Assembly (NCBI GenBank): GCA_051294375.1
Contig: CM119265.1
Span: 17,201,172-17,265,171, forward strand
Source: Paraspadella gotoi
Taxonomy: Eukaryota > Animalia > Chaetognatha
Direction of reading: 5' to 3'
Length of the DNA: 64,000 nt
The notes beneath the pieces are model-generated. The model had not been told where the DNA came from, did not search any database, and saw only the letters and a list, made by a program, of their open reading frames with translations. Shown one piece after another: positions 50,191 through 62,900 of the stretch (its first letter is position 1; each line of letters begins with the position of its first letter). The position numbers and the translations under genes are program-made.

Positions 50191-50568
50191 ATGGGCAAGC
50201 CGAAAGTACAAGCCCAAGACATATTCGAGCGCATAAACTTTCTCTACCAAGCCGCTCACACGGTTTTGACTTCCAATCCCACCAACGTAAATCTAGCTCG
50301 CAACTACTGCGCAACCTTGCTCCAAATAGCACGCCACCAGGTGCTACGTCTCGATCCTCACGTAAAGCGCCGCATTTGCAAAAAGTGTCGGATTTTATTG
50401 ATCCCCGGCTACACCTGTACTTCACGGAATAAGTCTAAAAAGAAAGTGAAAAGAGTAGTAGTTTCGTGTCTCGACTGTGGAACGTCGAGAAGCTTCAATT
50501 CCCAAAAATCCTACAGACTTTGGAGTGACAATCCGCAGTTTGAATCACCTAAGTCGCAGTCGAATTGA
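50191..50568 (+). CDS. RPP21: RNase P subunit Rpp21
   Basis: RINFLYQAA, RLDPHVKRRICKKC...CLDC zinc ribbon. Confidence 0.92.
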   Translation: MGKPKVQAQDIFERINFLYQAAHTVLTSNPTNVNLARNYCATLLQIARHQVLRLDPHVKRRICKKCRILLIPGYTCTSRNKSKKKVKRVVVSCLDCGTSRSFNSQKSYRLWSDNPQFESPKSQSN

Positions 50569-50611
50569 TATTTTTTTTTATTACATTAAAAAATTAAAAC
50601 CTCCGACTACG

Positions 50612-51052
50612 ATGGTTCGTCGAAAGGAACGCTATTTTGTCTGCGAAATGTTATTTCCTTCGTCTCGCTCTAACACTTATATCAATAAAGAGGACATTTT
50701 AGCTACTCTCCGTTCCTCCGTAAGCGCATGTCACGGGACCTACGGGCTTTCCGTCCTGGACGTCGCCAGAGGCGTTGTGCGCGTTAAGCACGTCAATCCC
50801 GAAACGTCCCTCGTGGTCTTTCGCTGCCTCCGCGAGCACCATCGCCTCTTTTGGTCGGCGTTGACTTTTGTGAGTCAAGTTGGTGGCAACGACGCCTTTT
50901 TCAACACCGTTTACGTTGGAGCGACCCTGAAAGCTTGTGAAAAATTTATCGTGAGCCACCATAGACGGACCTTGGTCGACACGTTGGGCAAGACGAAATG
51001 TTTGAAGGACAAGTTAGAAGTACATAAAATGATTGTTCAATCTTGCAATTGA
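50612..51052 (+). CDS. POP5: RNase P/MRP subunit Pop5
   Basis: MVRRKERY, HGTYG, WSALTFV, VGATLKACEKF. Confidence 0.88.
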   Translation: MVRRKERYFVCEMLFPSSRSNTYINKEDILATLRSSVSACHGTYGLSVLDVARGVVRVKHVNPETSLVVFRCLREHHRLFWSALTFVSQVGGNDAFFNTVYVGATLKACEKFIVSHHRRTLVDTLGKTKCLKDKLEVHKMIVQSCN

Positions 51053-52159
51053 TAGCTTTTTAATTGTTAATGTTACAGTATCTGGTGACCATTTGAAACA
51101 CGCCGCTATAAAAAATTCCTAAAACGAAAATATAAAAAGATTTTAACATTTTTAAAAAAAGATAAATAAAACATATTCATTTTTTATGTATAGATATCAT
51201 TGGTTTTCTTCTACTTTAACAGGAAAAATATCGCTTAGAATATTATCTCCCTGCTTGATAGCCTAATATTTTTTAATTAAAAAAATTTGTTTTAATTTTA
51301 GAACTGATGAGTGGGGTTTTCCGTCTTTCGCTCTCCTTCTGAGAGTATCAATATGTACCAAATGAACCAAATGTAAACCCTATATAAACTCAATGTAAGC
51401 ACAACACAAACCACATATAAACCCCGACGATGGCTAATTAATATTATTACAATCTGTATAAAGGAAATCATGATTAAACAGAGTAATGAAATAACAACGA
51501 ACGGTATTGTTTGTAAACAAATATCGATTGTTTATATTTTTAAACACTTTTACAAAAGGTAAATAAAATCGACGAATTATAACGAGAGTTTGTCCAACAG
51601 AACAATTTATAAAAAAGTATTTAAAAAAAAATAATAATATTGATATTTCTTGAAAGCCCTTATTTTTCAATTTTATAACACGAAAAAAAAAATTTTGAGG
51701 CCCAATCAGAGTTATAAAGTAGAGAATTATGATTATTTGTTTTAAAAATATTTAATAGCAAAGTATATTATTTTTAAAAAATTATAATCAATATTCCTCA
51801 ATATATTTTTAACGGGCTTTCTTGCGATACCCATATTTATACATATGAGTAAGATTATAATTGCTTTAGAGAGCTATGAATTCCAGTTAACGAATTTTCC
51901 TTTATTTTTGATTGAAAAGCTCGAATTTGCTTATCTTTTTTTGCTCATTACGGAATCAAAACAAAATCAATTATCAAGAAATTTATATATAAAAAATGTA
52001 TGCGTCTTGTCTTTATAAATTTTTTTCAAAATTTTAAAATATTTAATTTTTTTTTAGCAGCGGGTTTCAAATTGTCACGATGTATCAATATTTCTTGACT
52101 GGGGTTTTTTCGTTTTCAGCGATTTGTTTATTTTTTTATTAATCAACTTCGTTACGTTC

Positions 52160-52571
52160 ATGGCCTCCGGATTGGCGACTTTGGGGCTCTCTATCGCCGC
52201 TTTCGGCATTGCAGGTCGTGTCATCGTCCCAAGACTTGTCCCAGTCCTCAGTAAGCTCAGGGCCTTCAACTTCGAAGCCATCGCTCCTTCTAAATACTAC
52301 CGAGGAGGGTTCGAATCTTCCATGTCCAAGACCGAAGCCTCTAGAATTTTGGGCGTATCTCCACTCAGCAACTTGAAACGCATTAGAGGTAAAATAGAGT
52401 TGGATTTCGTAGTCACTTCTCGATAAATGAAAGCCCTTTTTTTTGTCTGTTGATTTAGAAGCCCACAAAAAGATCATGATCGCCAATCACCCTGACAAAG
52501 GAGGTTCGCCTTACATGGCCGCAAAAATTAACCAGGCCAGAGAAACCCTTGAAAAAAGCGTCAGCAAGTGA
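52160..52571 (+). CDS. DNAJC19: Mitochondrial import J-protein TIM14/Pam18; exons 52160-52388, 52459-52571
   Basis: [45 protein letters not shown]. Confidence 0.92.
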
Positions 52572-52733
52572 CCAAGTAACCGCGTTGTTGATGCTTGTAA
52601 AAATACTGAACTTGCCCTTGGGATATTTTCTGTTTTCTTTTGTGCCAGGACAGCTTGTTTTCTTTGCGCCCTCATCGAATGCGATTCTAGTTTCTTTGAT
52701 CAAACTCCACTTCTGACATTTCCCATTATCGCA

Positions 52734-55700
52734 ATGACTAAGTATAACGCCTCCGCCCCTAACAATGTCGTCGTCGACGAACAACTCAAACCCGAAAACT
52801 TTCCCCCATTAATTAATGATTTGGTTCTCCGTGCTGTGAAAGGTGAAAGGACAGAGCGTACGCCGGTCTGGATCATGCGACAGGTAAGCTATGGCTATAT
52901 AGTATTATACGTGTCCTGGTTACTCAGGCGGGCCAGATTTTAACACTTTTTATAATATGAAAAAGTCTGCAATAAAAGTATTTTGTCCTTTTACAACCAA
53001 ATTTACTTAGGATGTTAGATTTTGATTAAATTAATTTTCCTCATGCATGGAAACATTTTAATATCTAACAATATATAAAAAAATTTTAAAATATTTTTTA
53101 AAAAAAATAAATTTTTTAAAATGGATTCTGATAAAGATTAAAAAGTTAGATAAAGGTTAGTACTAGAAATGTCAAAAATTTTAATGATAAATGGGGTAAA
53201 ATTTAAAAAAAAACTTTAAAAAATCATTATCATCATTAAGACATTATTCATTAAATTTTATAGTTTTTGTTAATTTTCATAGAAAAATCATTAAAATTTC
53301 AAAAGGTTATTATAATAACCGTCATCTAACTTTTTAAGCTCTATCAGAATCCGTTTAAAAAACTTTTTTATTTTCACGTTCTTTAATAAACACATTAACA
53401 ATATTTATACCGGACTTCTGTTATTTTGTAACCTGTTCCGCCTTACTGGTTACATTACTTTTAAAAAAATTATTTGGGATAAGTTTTGTAATCAGTAATA
53501 ATCTATCATATTTTTCTGTTATCAGAAATTTATTTTGATAAATGCTAAATTCTGACCAAACCTGTTATAATAAAAAAATTTCCTAAATAGCTTACTGAGG
53601 TTTACGCTGCTTCCTAGGTTTGGTCATAACTAGTAAGAGCTCTGAGCTTTTCTACTTTAATCCTAATTAAAGTTTTTAACATTTGAAGTTTTTATCGTTT
53701 TAGGCCGGACGTTATCTTCCAGAATTTCGAGAATTCAGAACGAAGCACGACTTTTTTACCATCTGTCAAACTCCGGAATTTGCTTGTGAAGTTACTCTGC
53801 AACCGATTCGAAGGTTCGATCTCGACGCTTCAATTATATTCTCCGACATTTTAGTTATTCCTCAGGTTAGGACGATATGATTATTTGAATTCCCTAGTAG
53901 TATTTTTCTTCTAAAATGTGGTGATTGTTATGTGAAATTGATTGAATATTAAATAAGGCGTAGTGAAAGTTGCAGATCAAAATTCGAATAGTTGATCATG
54001 AACGGTCTTGTACTAAAGAACATTGATATTTTTAAAAAAATATTTTTATTAGGGGTAGCCTAACACAGTAAGGTGGTTAAGAAATTTGAATTGAGCACCT
54101 GCTCAAACGAAAATTTTTCCATTTTTTTAATAAATTGAATGGACAAAAAATTTTAATATTTCTCCATACCCCATATATTAACTTTTTTAATATTGATTTA
54201 TAAATAGGAAAGGCTAAAAATTTTTTTAAATTTTTTTTATTTTTAAGATCATATTCAGGTAGCTTGGTAAAGGTTTTCTACACAAAGTATAATTATTTTT
54301 TTGATATTATTGATCATAAGTAGTTGAATAATCATTATCATCATCATATTTTGATAATTTTATTACTTTTTCTTAATATTGACCAAGAAAACAAGAATTT
54401 TTGAAATTTGTAGTTATATTTTTTATTTAACTTTTTATGCTCTATCAGAATCCAAATTAAGATGATTTAAAGAAAAAGAAAAAACATTTTAAAATATTGA
54501 CATTTTCGAAAATTTTCAAAAATTGAAATTTTTTTTTTTATTTAAAAATGTTAGCAGGTACAGGCCTGTTCATGATCTTCTATTCCAATTTTGATTCTAT
54601 TTGACTTTAAAATTTTTGCTACGCTTTTGTGTAATTTATTATTAAAATATTTGAATTATCTTCGTTACTCTGTCTACCAACCAGTTTTAACAATGATTAT
54701 TTATAAGATTTTTAAATGGAGGTTTTGTTATAATATTAATTTTTTTCCGAACTACAAAGTTCTACTTGTTTCAAGAATGATAAACCTGACAATAATCGCG
54801 ACCTATTTACCTTCAAAACCTGATTTTGAGAAACTTAATATCGCCAAAAAAAACAGGATATTAGGATATTGGGAAGTGCGTGACGGTTCTCTATAAAACT
54901 CCTTTGCTTCGATATCTCAGCTCGCGATAGCCGATAATTCGAGAACCTTTTTTTTTCTTTATCGTTCAAAGGGAAGATTTACTAGAAATAAAGATTTAAA
55001 TATTTAGACTCAATCTCATGTGACGTATGACGAAGTCGAATGAATTAAACTTTGCCTTTTGGGGCTTCGAGTTTGTTCCTCGGCGTTCGTTCTTCACTTA
55101 TTGACTTTGTCCCTGCCACTGAGTTTTTTGGGGCGGTTTTTGCCTGAAAACCAAACACGTCGCGTCGAAATATTTCATTCTCGATCCAGTTTTTATAGTT
55201 GCTGTGGAATAATGATTATAATATTTAATTAAAAAATTAAAACATGTCCGTATAATAATAAAAAAATCGTTGACGAAAACATTTCCAAACTTTGTTAAAT
55301 CTCTATACTCAACGAAGCCGAAAGGATTAACACCAATATTTAATTATAAAATTTATAACGTTTTGATATACTTATTGCTTAATCTGTTCCATTTTAGCGA
55401 AATATTTTTTTTAAATTTTACTAATCGATTTACTAATTCATTTATCATTAAAAAAATTGATCGTACGTTATAAGTTTATTTTGTTATATTATTAGCTTGA
55501 TAACTGATAAGCATGTGTTTATCGCGTTAGATTGCTTCCTTGTTTCAGGCACTGGGAATGACTGTGGAAATGGTTCCAGGGAAAGGTCCTCATTTTCCTG
55601 AGCCTCTGTCAAAACCATCCGACCTCCAGCGCCTCAACCGCGAAGTGAACATCAAAGAATCTCTTGGTTACGTTATGGACGCCATCACATTGACTCGACA

Positions 55701-57393
55701 CAAACTCGAGGGCAAAGTTCCTCTCTTCGGTTTCAGGTCTCAATGGGGAAGTTAAATGCATCGGTGGAAACCAAGATCAGATCTTCTTTTTACATGAATA
55801 CAAATCCATCTAGATTTTAACACTACCCACTTACCTAGATACGGATTATTTGATTTTTCTGGTTGCCTTACTCTAGTGGAGCTCCCTGGACGTTGATGTC
55901 GTACATGATCGAAGGCGGAGGATCTACGACGCAGAGCAAAGCTAAGCGTTGGCTCTACGCCCACCCTGCAGCCTCCGAAGATCTCCTCGATCTCCTCGCC
56001 GACGTCATTACGGAATACCTTGTGCAACAAGCTTTGGCCGGTGCCCAGCTTCTTCAAGTTTTTGAGTCCCACGCCGGGATTCTTGGACCCCACCTCTTCC
56101 TTAAATTTGCCTTGCCTCGGCTCATCCGGATAGCCAAGGAGGTGAGACCGAAACGCCCAAAGCGCCCAAAAGGAACTTACAATTGCCTTGAAGTTGAATT
56201 TGGAATTTTAAATTATTACTTAGAAATTTCATAGGTTTATAAAAAATGTTAAGCTATAGAATAAATTATTTGAGACTGTTGTAGCCGCCTGATTACTGAA
56301 ATTGAATTCTAGTCACTGGCGCGGTTACCCTAGGACGGTCTCGCTTTGCCAACGCAGAGGGAAGTCGTTAGGACTGTGGATGGTAGCACAACGCCTGGGA
56401 TGGTGTGTTCCCCCTCCGAGCCAATGATATTGGCTGAACGATCGTGGACGTGAGGTGGTGTGAATTAAGAAATAAGAAAAACATGATTAAAATTCGGAAC
56501 ATTGGATGCTGTAAGACTGTGGATAAGGCGCTAACTGGGTTGAAGAGTGCTATCCGTAACTTTTTAACCCCCTCTAGCAGCCATGGAACGGGTCCTGGGC
56601 TTGGACCCAGGCTTGAGGGTTTTTCAGACCCTCAAGGCGGTTTACGGCTGTTCTCACGCTTCCCACCGGGTAGGTCCCATGGGGGATCAAATCCGGTACC
56701 TAATGTACATATTAATTAAGGAACTAAACGGTTCCTGGTCGCGTTCCATAACTAGATCGGCGTCGTTGCGCTGTTAATTTATTAATGATTTTTTTTTTTT
56801 CAGGTAAAGAGGAAGCTCACAACTCTCCGAGTTTCACCTCTTCCACCTTTAGTAATTTTCGCGAAAGACGCTCACTTCGCCCTCGAACAAATTTCAGACG
56901 CTGGCTATGATATGATGGGCCTAGACTGGACCATTCCTCCGGTCCAAGGGAGACAAAGAACTGATATCACTTTGCAAGGTCGGTTGTTCTGATTATATGA
57001 GTTGCGTTTCACCGTTTTCTCATATGAAATTGGTACAACCAACAAGTACAACAACAAGCAATATAAAAATTATCCATTAATTTCATAAATAAGCTATCTT
57101 GCCCCTGACTTTGGACAGGCTTTGATGGTTTAATATTTTATTCTCATATTTTCACTTTTTCTTATATTTGCCACTGTGTAGGTAATCTCGATCCCTGCGC
57201 TCTCTACGCTCCCAAGGAGGACATTCGACGTTTGACCGAAGAGATGCTTCGCGGATTCGGGACCCAAAAGTTGGTGGCTAATTTGGGACACGGGATTTAT
57301 CCCGACATGGACCCAGAGAGCGTCGCCTCCTTCGTCGCCGCCGTCCATGAAATTTCGGAACTGATAAATTCCGAGAAAAATGACGCTTTATGA
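52734..57393 (+). CDS. UROD: Uroporphyrinogen decarboxylase; exons 52734-52883, 53704-53865, 55549-55736, 55877-56141, 56804-56978, 57182-57393
   Basis: [58 protein letters not shown]. Confidence 0.96.
56312..56470 (-). mobile_element. Family B fragment with 5' half of twister (56352-56312)
   Basis: TTGGC-AAA-GCGA-GA-CCG-TCCTAGGG-TAA-CCGC-GC-CAGTGAC, truncated in P3; homologous to 5108-5250. Confidence 0.65.
56583..56666 (-). ncRNA. Twister type-P5 candidate in family D repeat (~56510-56710)
   Basis: GCGT-GA-GAA-CAGCCG-TAA-ACC-GC-CTTGAGGGT/ACCCTCAAG-CCTGG-GTCCAAGC-CCAGG. The 25.5-kb copy supplies T1 GGA. Confidence 0.55.
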
Positions 57394-58133
57394 GTGGACT
57401 AAAATTGTGACGTTGTGAAGAAATAAAAAGAACTCATTGGTTATCGGCTCTGAAGAAAAAAACATTGTTCGGAGGAGAAAATAATTTTTAAATCTGTGGT
57501 CAGCGTTTCATAAGGCATATTGAATTAAGATGTGGACTGCCGAGGTAAAAAGTTAATGAGGCCCTTCTCTTTAAGTACTGAAATACTTGTTTTAATTTTT
57601 TAATTTTTCAATTAACAAAAACTGCTGTATATTTTTCAGCTGGCCACAGTATTTAAGTTGGAGATGGATTTTAAAAGTTTTCTCGATTTATTTTTTGTTT
57701 CTGGCAGCATTATTATAACGAAATTGAAGGTAAAAATTGATATTTTTTTCATTTATAAATTACTTCTATTTGAGTTGGCATGAAACCAGTTTTTGATGAA
57801 ATTTTGGACTAAAACTGTTTGGTTTTGCGGTAAGCATGCTCTTATTTGTTTAACGTTCTCGGCTCTTTTCATTAATTTTTTTGCATCGATTAAGCATAAC
57901 TTTGTTGTGTTTTTTTTTTTTTTTTTGGTTTGGTTTTATTTTTTTTTTCTTATTTTAAGTTCATAAGGAAACTAATTAAACTTTTTTTTTCTTTAGGTCT
58001 ATTCAGCCCTATCAAGCCTTTTTTCTTCGTCTGTCTCAGCACTCTGCTAGGTATTGAAAAAATTTATGTCGTCTGCTCGTAATAAAGTCTAATAGGATTT
58101 TAACTATTAATTCCTAGGCCTCCAACGAGCACA

Positions 58134-58850
58134 ATGGGCGTCCTCGAAGGCTGTTCCCGCGTTATCAAGTATATCTTCTTTTTCTTCACATTCGTGTTTT
58201 GGATCATCGGTCTGGCCTCGATCGCCATCGGTATCTGGGCCCTCGTTGACGAAGATTTCACAGAGTTCGTGGATCTTAAAATTCCACAGCTTGATAGCCA
58301 TGCGTTGAGTCAAGCGGCCACGCTTCTCATCGTCGTCGGCGTCATGGTCATGATCATCGGATTCTTAGGATGTTGGGGAGCCATGAAGGAGAACCAGTGT
58401 TTCCTGGGTCTGTTCTCCATCCTCCTCTTCCTTATCTTCGTCTTGATGGTGGCAGGAGCCGTCATTGCATACGCCTACCAGGGTGTCCTAGAAAAGATTG
58501 TCACGGAAGGAATAGAGGAGCTCAAAGAGGGTTACAACAACAACTCGGACTACAAGACCAGCCTCAATAAAATTCAACAAAAGTTCCAATGCTGCGAATT
58601 CGTTACCGACATCCCAACATCTTGCTATCCGCATTCATCCACGAACGGCACCACCCCGGCGACTCCCACCGGAACCCCGTTCAAGGACAAGTGCGCGCCG
58701 AAGGTGATTAGCGATATGAACGAGGCCCTGGACAAGTACAAGTACCAGATAGGCGGCATCGGCATCGCTGCGGCCATCATCGTCCTTCTGGGCGTTGTTG
58801 TTTCAATGGGGCTTTGCTGCAAGATCAGGAGAGGCTATCAAAATGTTTAG
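58134..58850 (+). CDS. Tetraspanin (intronless CDS; 5'UTR exon 57997-58049)
   Basis: Four TM segments, IKYIFFFFTFVFW, GFLGCWGAMKENQCFL; large loop with CCE and PTSC. Confidence 0.9.
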   Translation: MGVLEGCSRVIKYIFFFFTFVFWIIGLASIAIGIWALVDEDFTEFVDLKIPQLDSHALSQAATLLIVVGVMVMIIGFLGCWGAMKENQCFLGLFSILLFLIFVLMVAGAVIAYAYQGVLEKIVTEGIEELKEGYNNNSDYKTSLNKIQQKFQCCEFVTDIPTSCYPHSSTNGTTPATPTGTPFKDKCAPKVISDMNEALDKYKYQIGGIGIAAAIIVLLGVVVSMGLCCKIRRGYQNV

Positions 58851-59955
58851 GGATGGGCAAATACCCCACTTCGCACACGTATTTTTGGGGTCATTCCACT
58901 GTTAGCGGAATATTCTTGTGATCATTTTAATTTTATTCGAATTTCTCAAGAAAATATGGTTCCGAATAACCATTCTCAAGCACATTTGGGCAAAATCATT
59001 AATTAATTAGCCCTTTACACGTAATCAACCTTTATAGAATTTTGATACTTAGATTTACACATTTTTGGCGTAAAGCCTTTAAAATTTTGTGTCGTTTTTA
59101 TTTTGCATAAAGATATCGGAATAGAATTTACAACTTTCAGTTTTCGTCACTAGCAAATCGTGAAGTAGTTAGTACTAAAGCATATTGAAAGCTTGTTAAA
59201 GTATCAAATGAATGAACCTATAAAAAGCATGCAATACAACAACAAAGTCAATGTTGCAGTACAACGACCCGCGTTAGTGATTCCGCATTATCCTTTGTTT
59301 TGAATCTAAGATCGTGTTCATATTTTCCCGCTCGGTCCGCTTTAAGTGATCAGCCGTCGGAGAGGCAATTTCTCCTGCTCCTGAGATGGATAGATGAATA
59401 CGAGGCCCTCTGGAGACAGGTTTTGCAAGCTGAAGGTTTGATCGTGATTTCTCAAATACTAAAATTTAGTTTATCCCTGTTTGTTAGACGTAGATTTACT
59501 AGCTTTGATTTTTATTTTAAAAACCATACATTTTTGCTTGTTCGAATTAAAGGTTAGGGACAAATCTTCTAATTCTACTTTTAAAATTTGTGTGAAATAT
59601 TTGTTTAGGTAAAAGATTTACGAATGATTTTTTCTTTAAATAAGGCTACTGTATAAGTATAACGTGCTAGAATTAAAGGGATGTACTGTGTATTGAATTT
59701 CATACGAATTATGTTTACTCAATTGAATGTTCGATTTTTTTTTAAATTTAAAAACTTCTGATTTTCTCATTTCTTTTTATTGATGTTGATTTCGTTTGTT
59801 TAGATTTTTTGTATGATCAATCCTAAATTGGAAGAAGCTGTCGTCTTCGCCATTGGTTTCCTTTCACGTCTCTGCGTTTTTACTAAGTTAACGACGATGC
59901 TCTCATGCTCGATTGTATATCTCTAGGCTCTTAGACTTTCGATTTGCTCGTTATA

Positions 59956-62900
59956 ATGAGTACTGCGGGTTCGAGCGGCCAAGACGCGGCTGCCATCGCG
60001 GGCAACTCCGGTTCAGAAAGCGATACTATGAAGCGCGCGGCCGCCAAAAACCTCATCGAGCGATATTACCGCCAGTTGACGGAAGGCTGCGGGGCTTCCT
60101 CTTGCGGCAACCCTAACTGCTTCTCGAGCGGCCAGATCAAATCCATGACGCGAAACGAAGCCGCCGCCGCCGCTTTGCAGCTTTTCAAGACGAAGGGTCG
60201 AGTTTGTGACTTAGCCGAGTCACCAGATCACCACGCCTACAAAGTTCCGCGTCCAGCGCCTTCACGACTCCAGGAATCTAACGCCCCTAATTCGTCGGCA
60301 TCTGTTTACGAGATGGATCACGACCAGGCGAACATCTTGCCCCCCTTGGAATCGAACCCTGCTTCCGTTCCCGAAGGTCCAGTGGCGAAATCCGACAAGG
60401 CGGCGTCGGCGCCCCGAAAGACGAAAAAAGCTTCGGAAAACCCGCTTTTGAATCAATTGATCTCGTCTAAACGAGATCCGCCTACGTTAAACGAAGAAAA
60501 GCTCCTTTCCATCTTGGAATCGTGTCGAGGGACTGGCAATTTTTCCCTCATGATTCGGACGATCGGTGAAACGTTCAACAACCCCGAGAGCCTCGTCAAT
60601 TCATTCCGTAAAAAGATCTCTTTCGATCACCTCTCCAAGGAAGACCGTAGCGCGTTGGAAGGCGACAAAGATAAAGACACGGACGAACTGATGGACACCG
60701 GCGAAACGATTCCATCCGAAGCAGAAGCTTCCGGACTCGGTGCCGCGGGCGGCGCCGCGCGAACAATACCCAGGGATGAATCCAGCCTCGAAACCCTGGC
60801 GGCCTCGAAATCCGCTGCGATCAGCGAAGATGAGTTGTCGCTGGACCTCGAGTCGCTACGAAGATGTTACGAGTCTATGTTCGGCCGAAACAAGGTTAAA
60901 GGTTCTCGTCATAAGAGATGTTTTCTTTTTTTTTGAGTTTTTGACGTGTTAATGTTTTTGACAGGAATTGCCATTTATCGACGCCCTGGTGAGCGCTCTT
61001 TTCTGCCTTGCGGGAGATGTAGAAATCGATCTGCACTACCGAAACGCTTACGAGAGGTGAACAACTTTAAAGAAAGTTTTATCTGGGAACTTTGTTGATT
61101 ATTCATGGTTTCTTTTTCCTCAGAGACAAAAACTACCTGAACATCTTCGTGATCATCTTCGAGCTCCCCTGCCTACATAGTCCTGAATTTTTGGAGACTG
61201 CGCTGCCGAAATTCGTCAGGGCGACGGGTTATTTGCCTTTAGAGGGTCAAGCCAAATTGTGTCGCTATTGGTCTAAATACGAACCGAAACAACTGAGATC
61301 GATCCTGGAAACGATGCAGCAGCTTATCACCGTCAGGATCATCTCGGGGAGTTTTGCCGGTGACGCTTCATAACCTTTAATGGATCCCGATTTGACGCGT
61401 TGGCTGATTACTCATCTTGCGATTCTATCTTTTAGTAAATTCCGCCGCTCACTCTGTTAACGATGACGACGGAATTACGGGAGCCACCAAAGTCATCAAA
61501 CTCGTTTACTTTGCCTCGCTTTTTGGCGGAACCAAGGATTCGGTCAAGGTAAGCCTCGTGTCGATCTACTCGGGTTTTCCTAAAGTTTTTTTGTCCAACA
61601 CCTTCTTATTCCTTGCGCCAAAGACAATAGAAGAAGAGAAGCAGATGGCGGCGTCGGAAGGATCGGCGGCAGCGTTGTTTCAGGAACTGTTCGGCGGACA
61701 AGATTCCCCCTCGACAACCGGCGTCAAACGGGAGTCGGATTCTTTCGAAGACCCTCTGACCAAAGTTCTTGGAGTCCGGCCTATTGATTGTTACGAACCG
61801 CTTTTGCCCTTCAGGCGAGTTATTCTTTTACATAGAAAAGTGTCTAGGGAGTATATTTTTTAAAAGAAAAATAATATAAAGAATTATATTTCAGTGAATT
61901 CATTAATGAGCCACTAAACGACAACCTGGAGATGGACAAGGACTACATGTATTACAAGCAACGTGATTCTCAGCCAGAAAAGTTCTCCTTTCTCCTTCAT
62001 CCGTTTATATTGACGGCCGCAACAAAAAACTTGGGCATGTACTTTTCGAATCGGATTCGAATGATCAACGAAAGGAGAACATCCCTTCTGCAGGTATTAC
62101 TCGTTTCTATGTTAGTCAATCAATCTGCAACCTCACGCTTTAAGTTTTAAATATTTATTAGTTAAACTAAAATCCTTGTACTTCAGGACAAGGTAATGAA
62201 AAGAACAGTAACGAAGAGAGTAAGAATTTTTTTATTTATACGCGTTTCAAAATGATGCTCAAAATTTGCCGAGCACAATTATATGGTCGTTATGCTATAT
62301 TCATTCCTAAATCTTTTTTCCCCGAAATTCCCAAATGTAGAAATGCACTGCAATTGTTTTATTTCAATACCGAACCTGTCTTTGATTTTATGTATAGAGC
62401 CTAGTCCATGGGGAGCCAACGAATCCATACCTTCGACTGAAAGTGCGTCGAAGTCATCTGATTGACGACGCGCTTGTCGGCCTCGAGATGGTCGCAATGG
62501 AAAATCCTGGCGATCTCAAGAAGCAGCTTTATGTCGAGTTTGACGGGGAACAAGGTCAGTAAAAGAAAAAAAATTCAAAAGAAAAAAAGATATTCCAGAA
62601 AAGTACAAAAGATCTTTATCTATTGTAGGAATTGACGAAGGTGGAGTCTCCAAAGAGTTTTTTCAGCTCGTCGTCGAGGAAATTTTTAATCCCGATTTTG
62701 GCATGTTTGTCTACAACGATGATACTCATCAGGTGAAACTCTAGCGACGCTAAAGCCTAAATCCAATTTTCTGTACTTTTATACAAGAATGAAAAAAAAT
62801 TTGATCAATTGACAACTTTAATTCAGTCAGTTAAAATTTTGCGTCAAAAAGTAAAAGTCGTGTTTTCTTGATAAATTTTAGTTTTGGTTCAACCCTACGT

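Noticed and set aside
50477-50611. RPP21-POP5 frameshift fusion via the open upstream POP5 frame
   Set aside because: No convincing slippery site or structure; POP5 has its normal MVR start.
51304-51345. CTGATGAG motif
   Set aside because: No properly placed GAAA or stems for a hammerhead or snoRNA.
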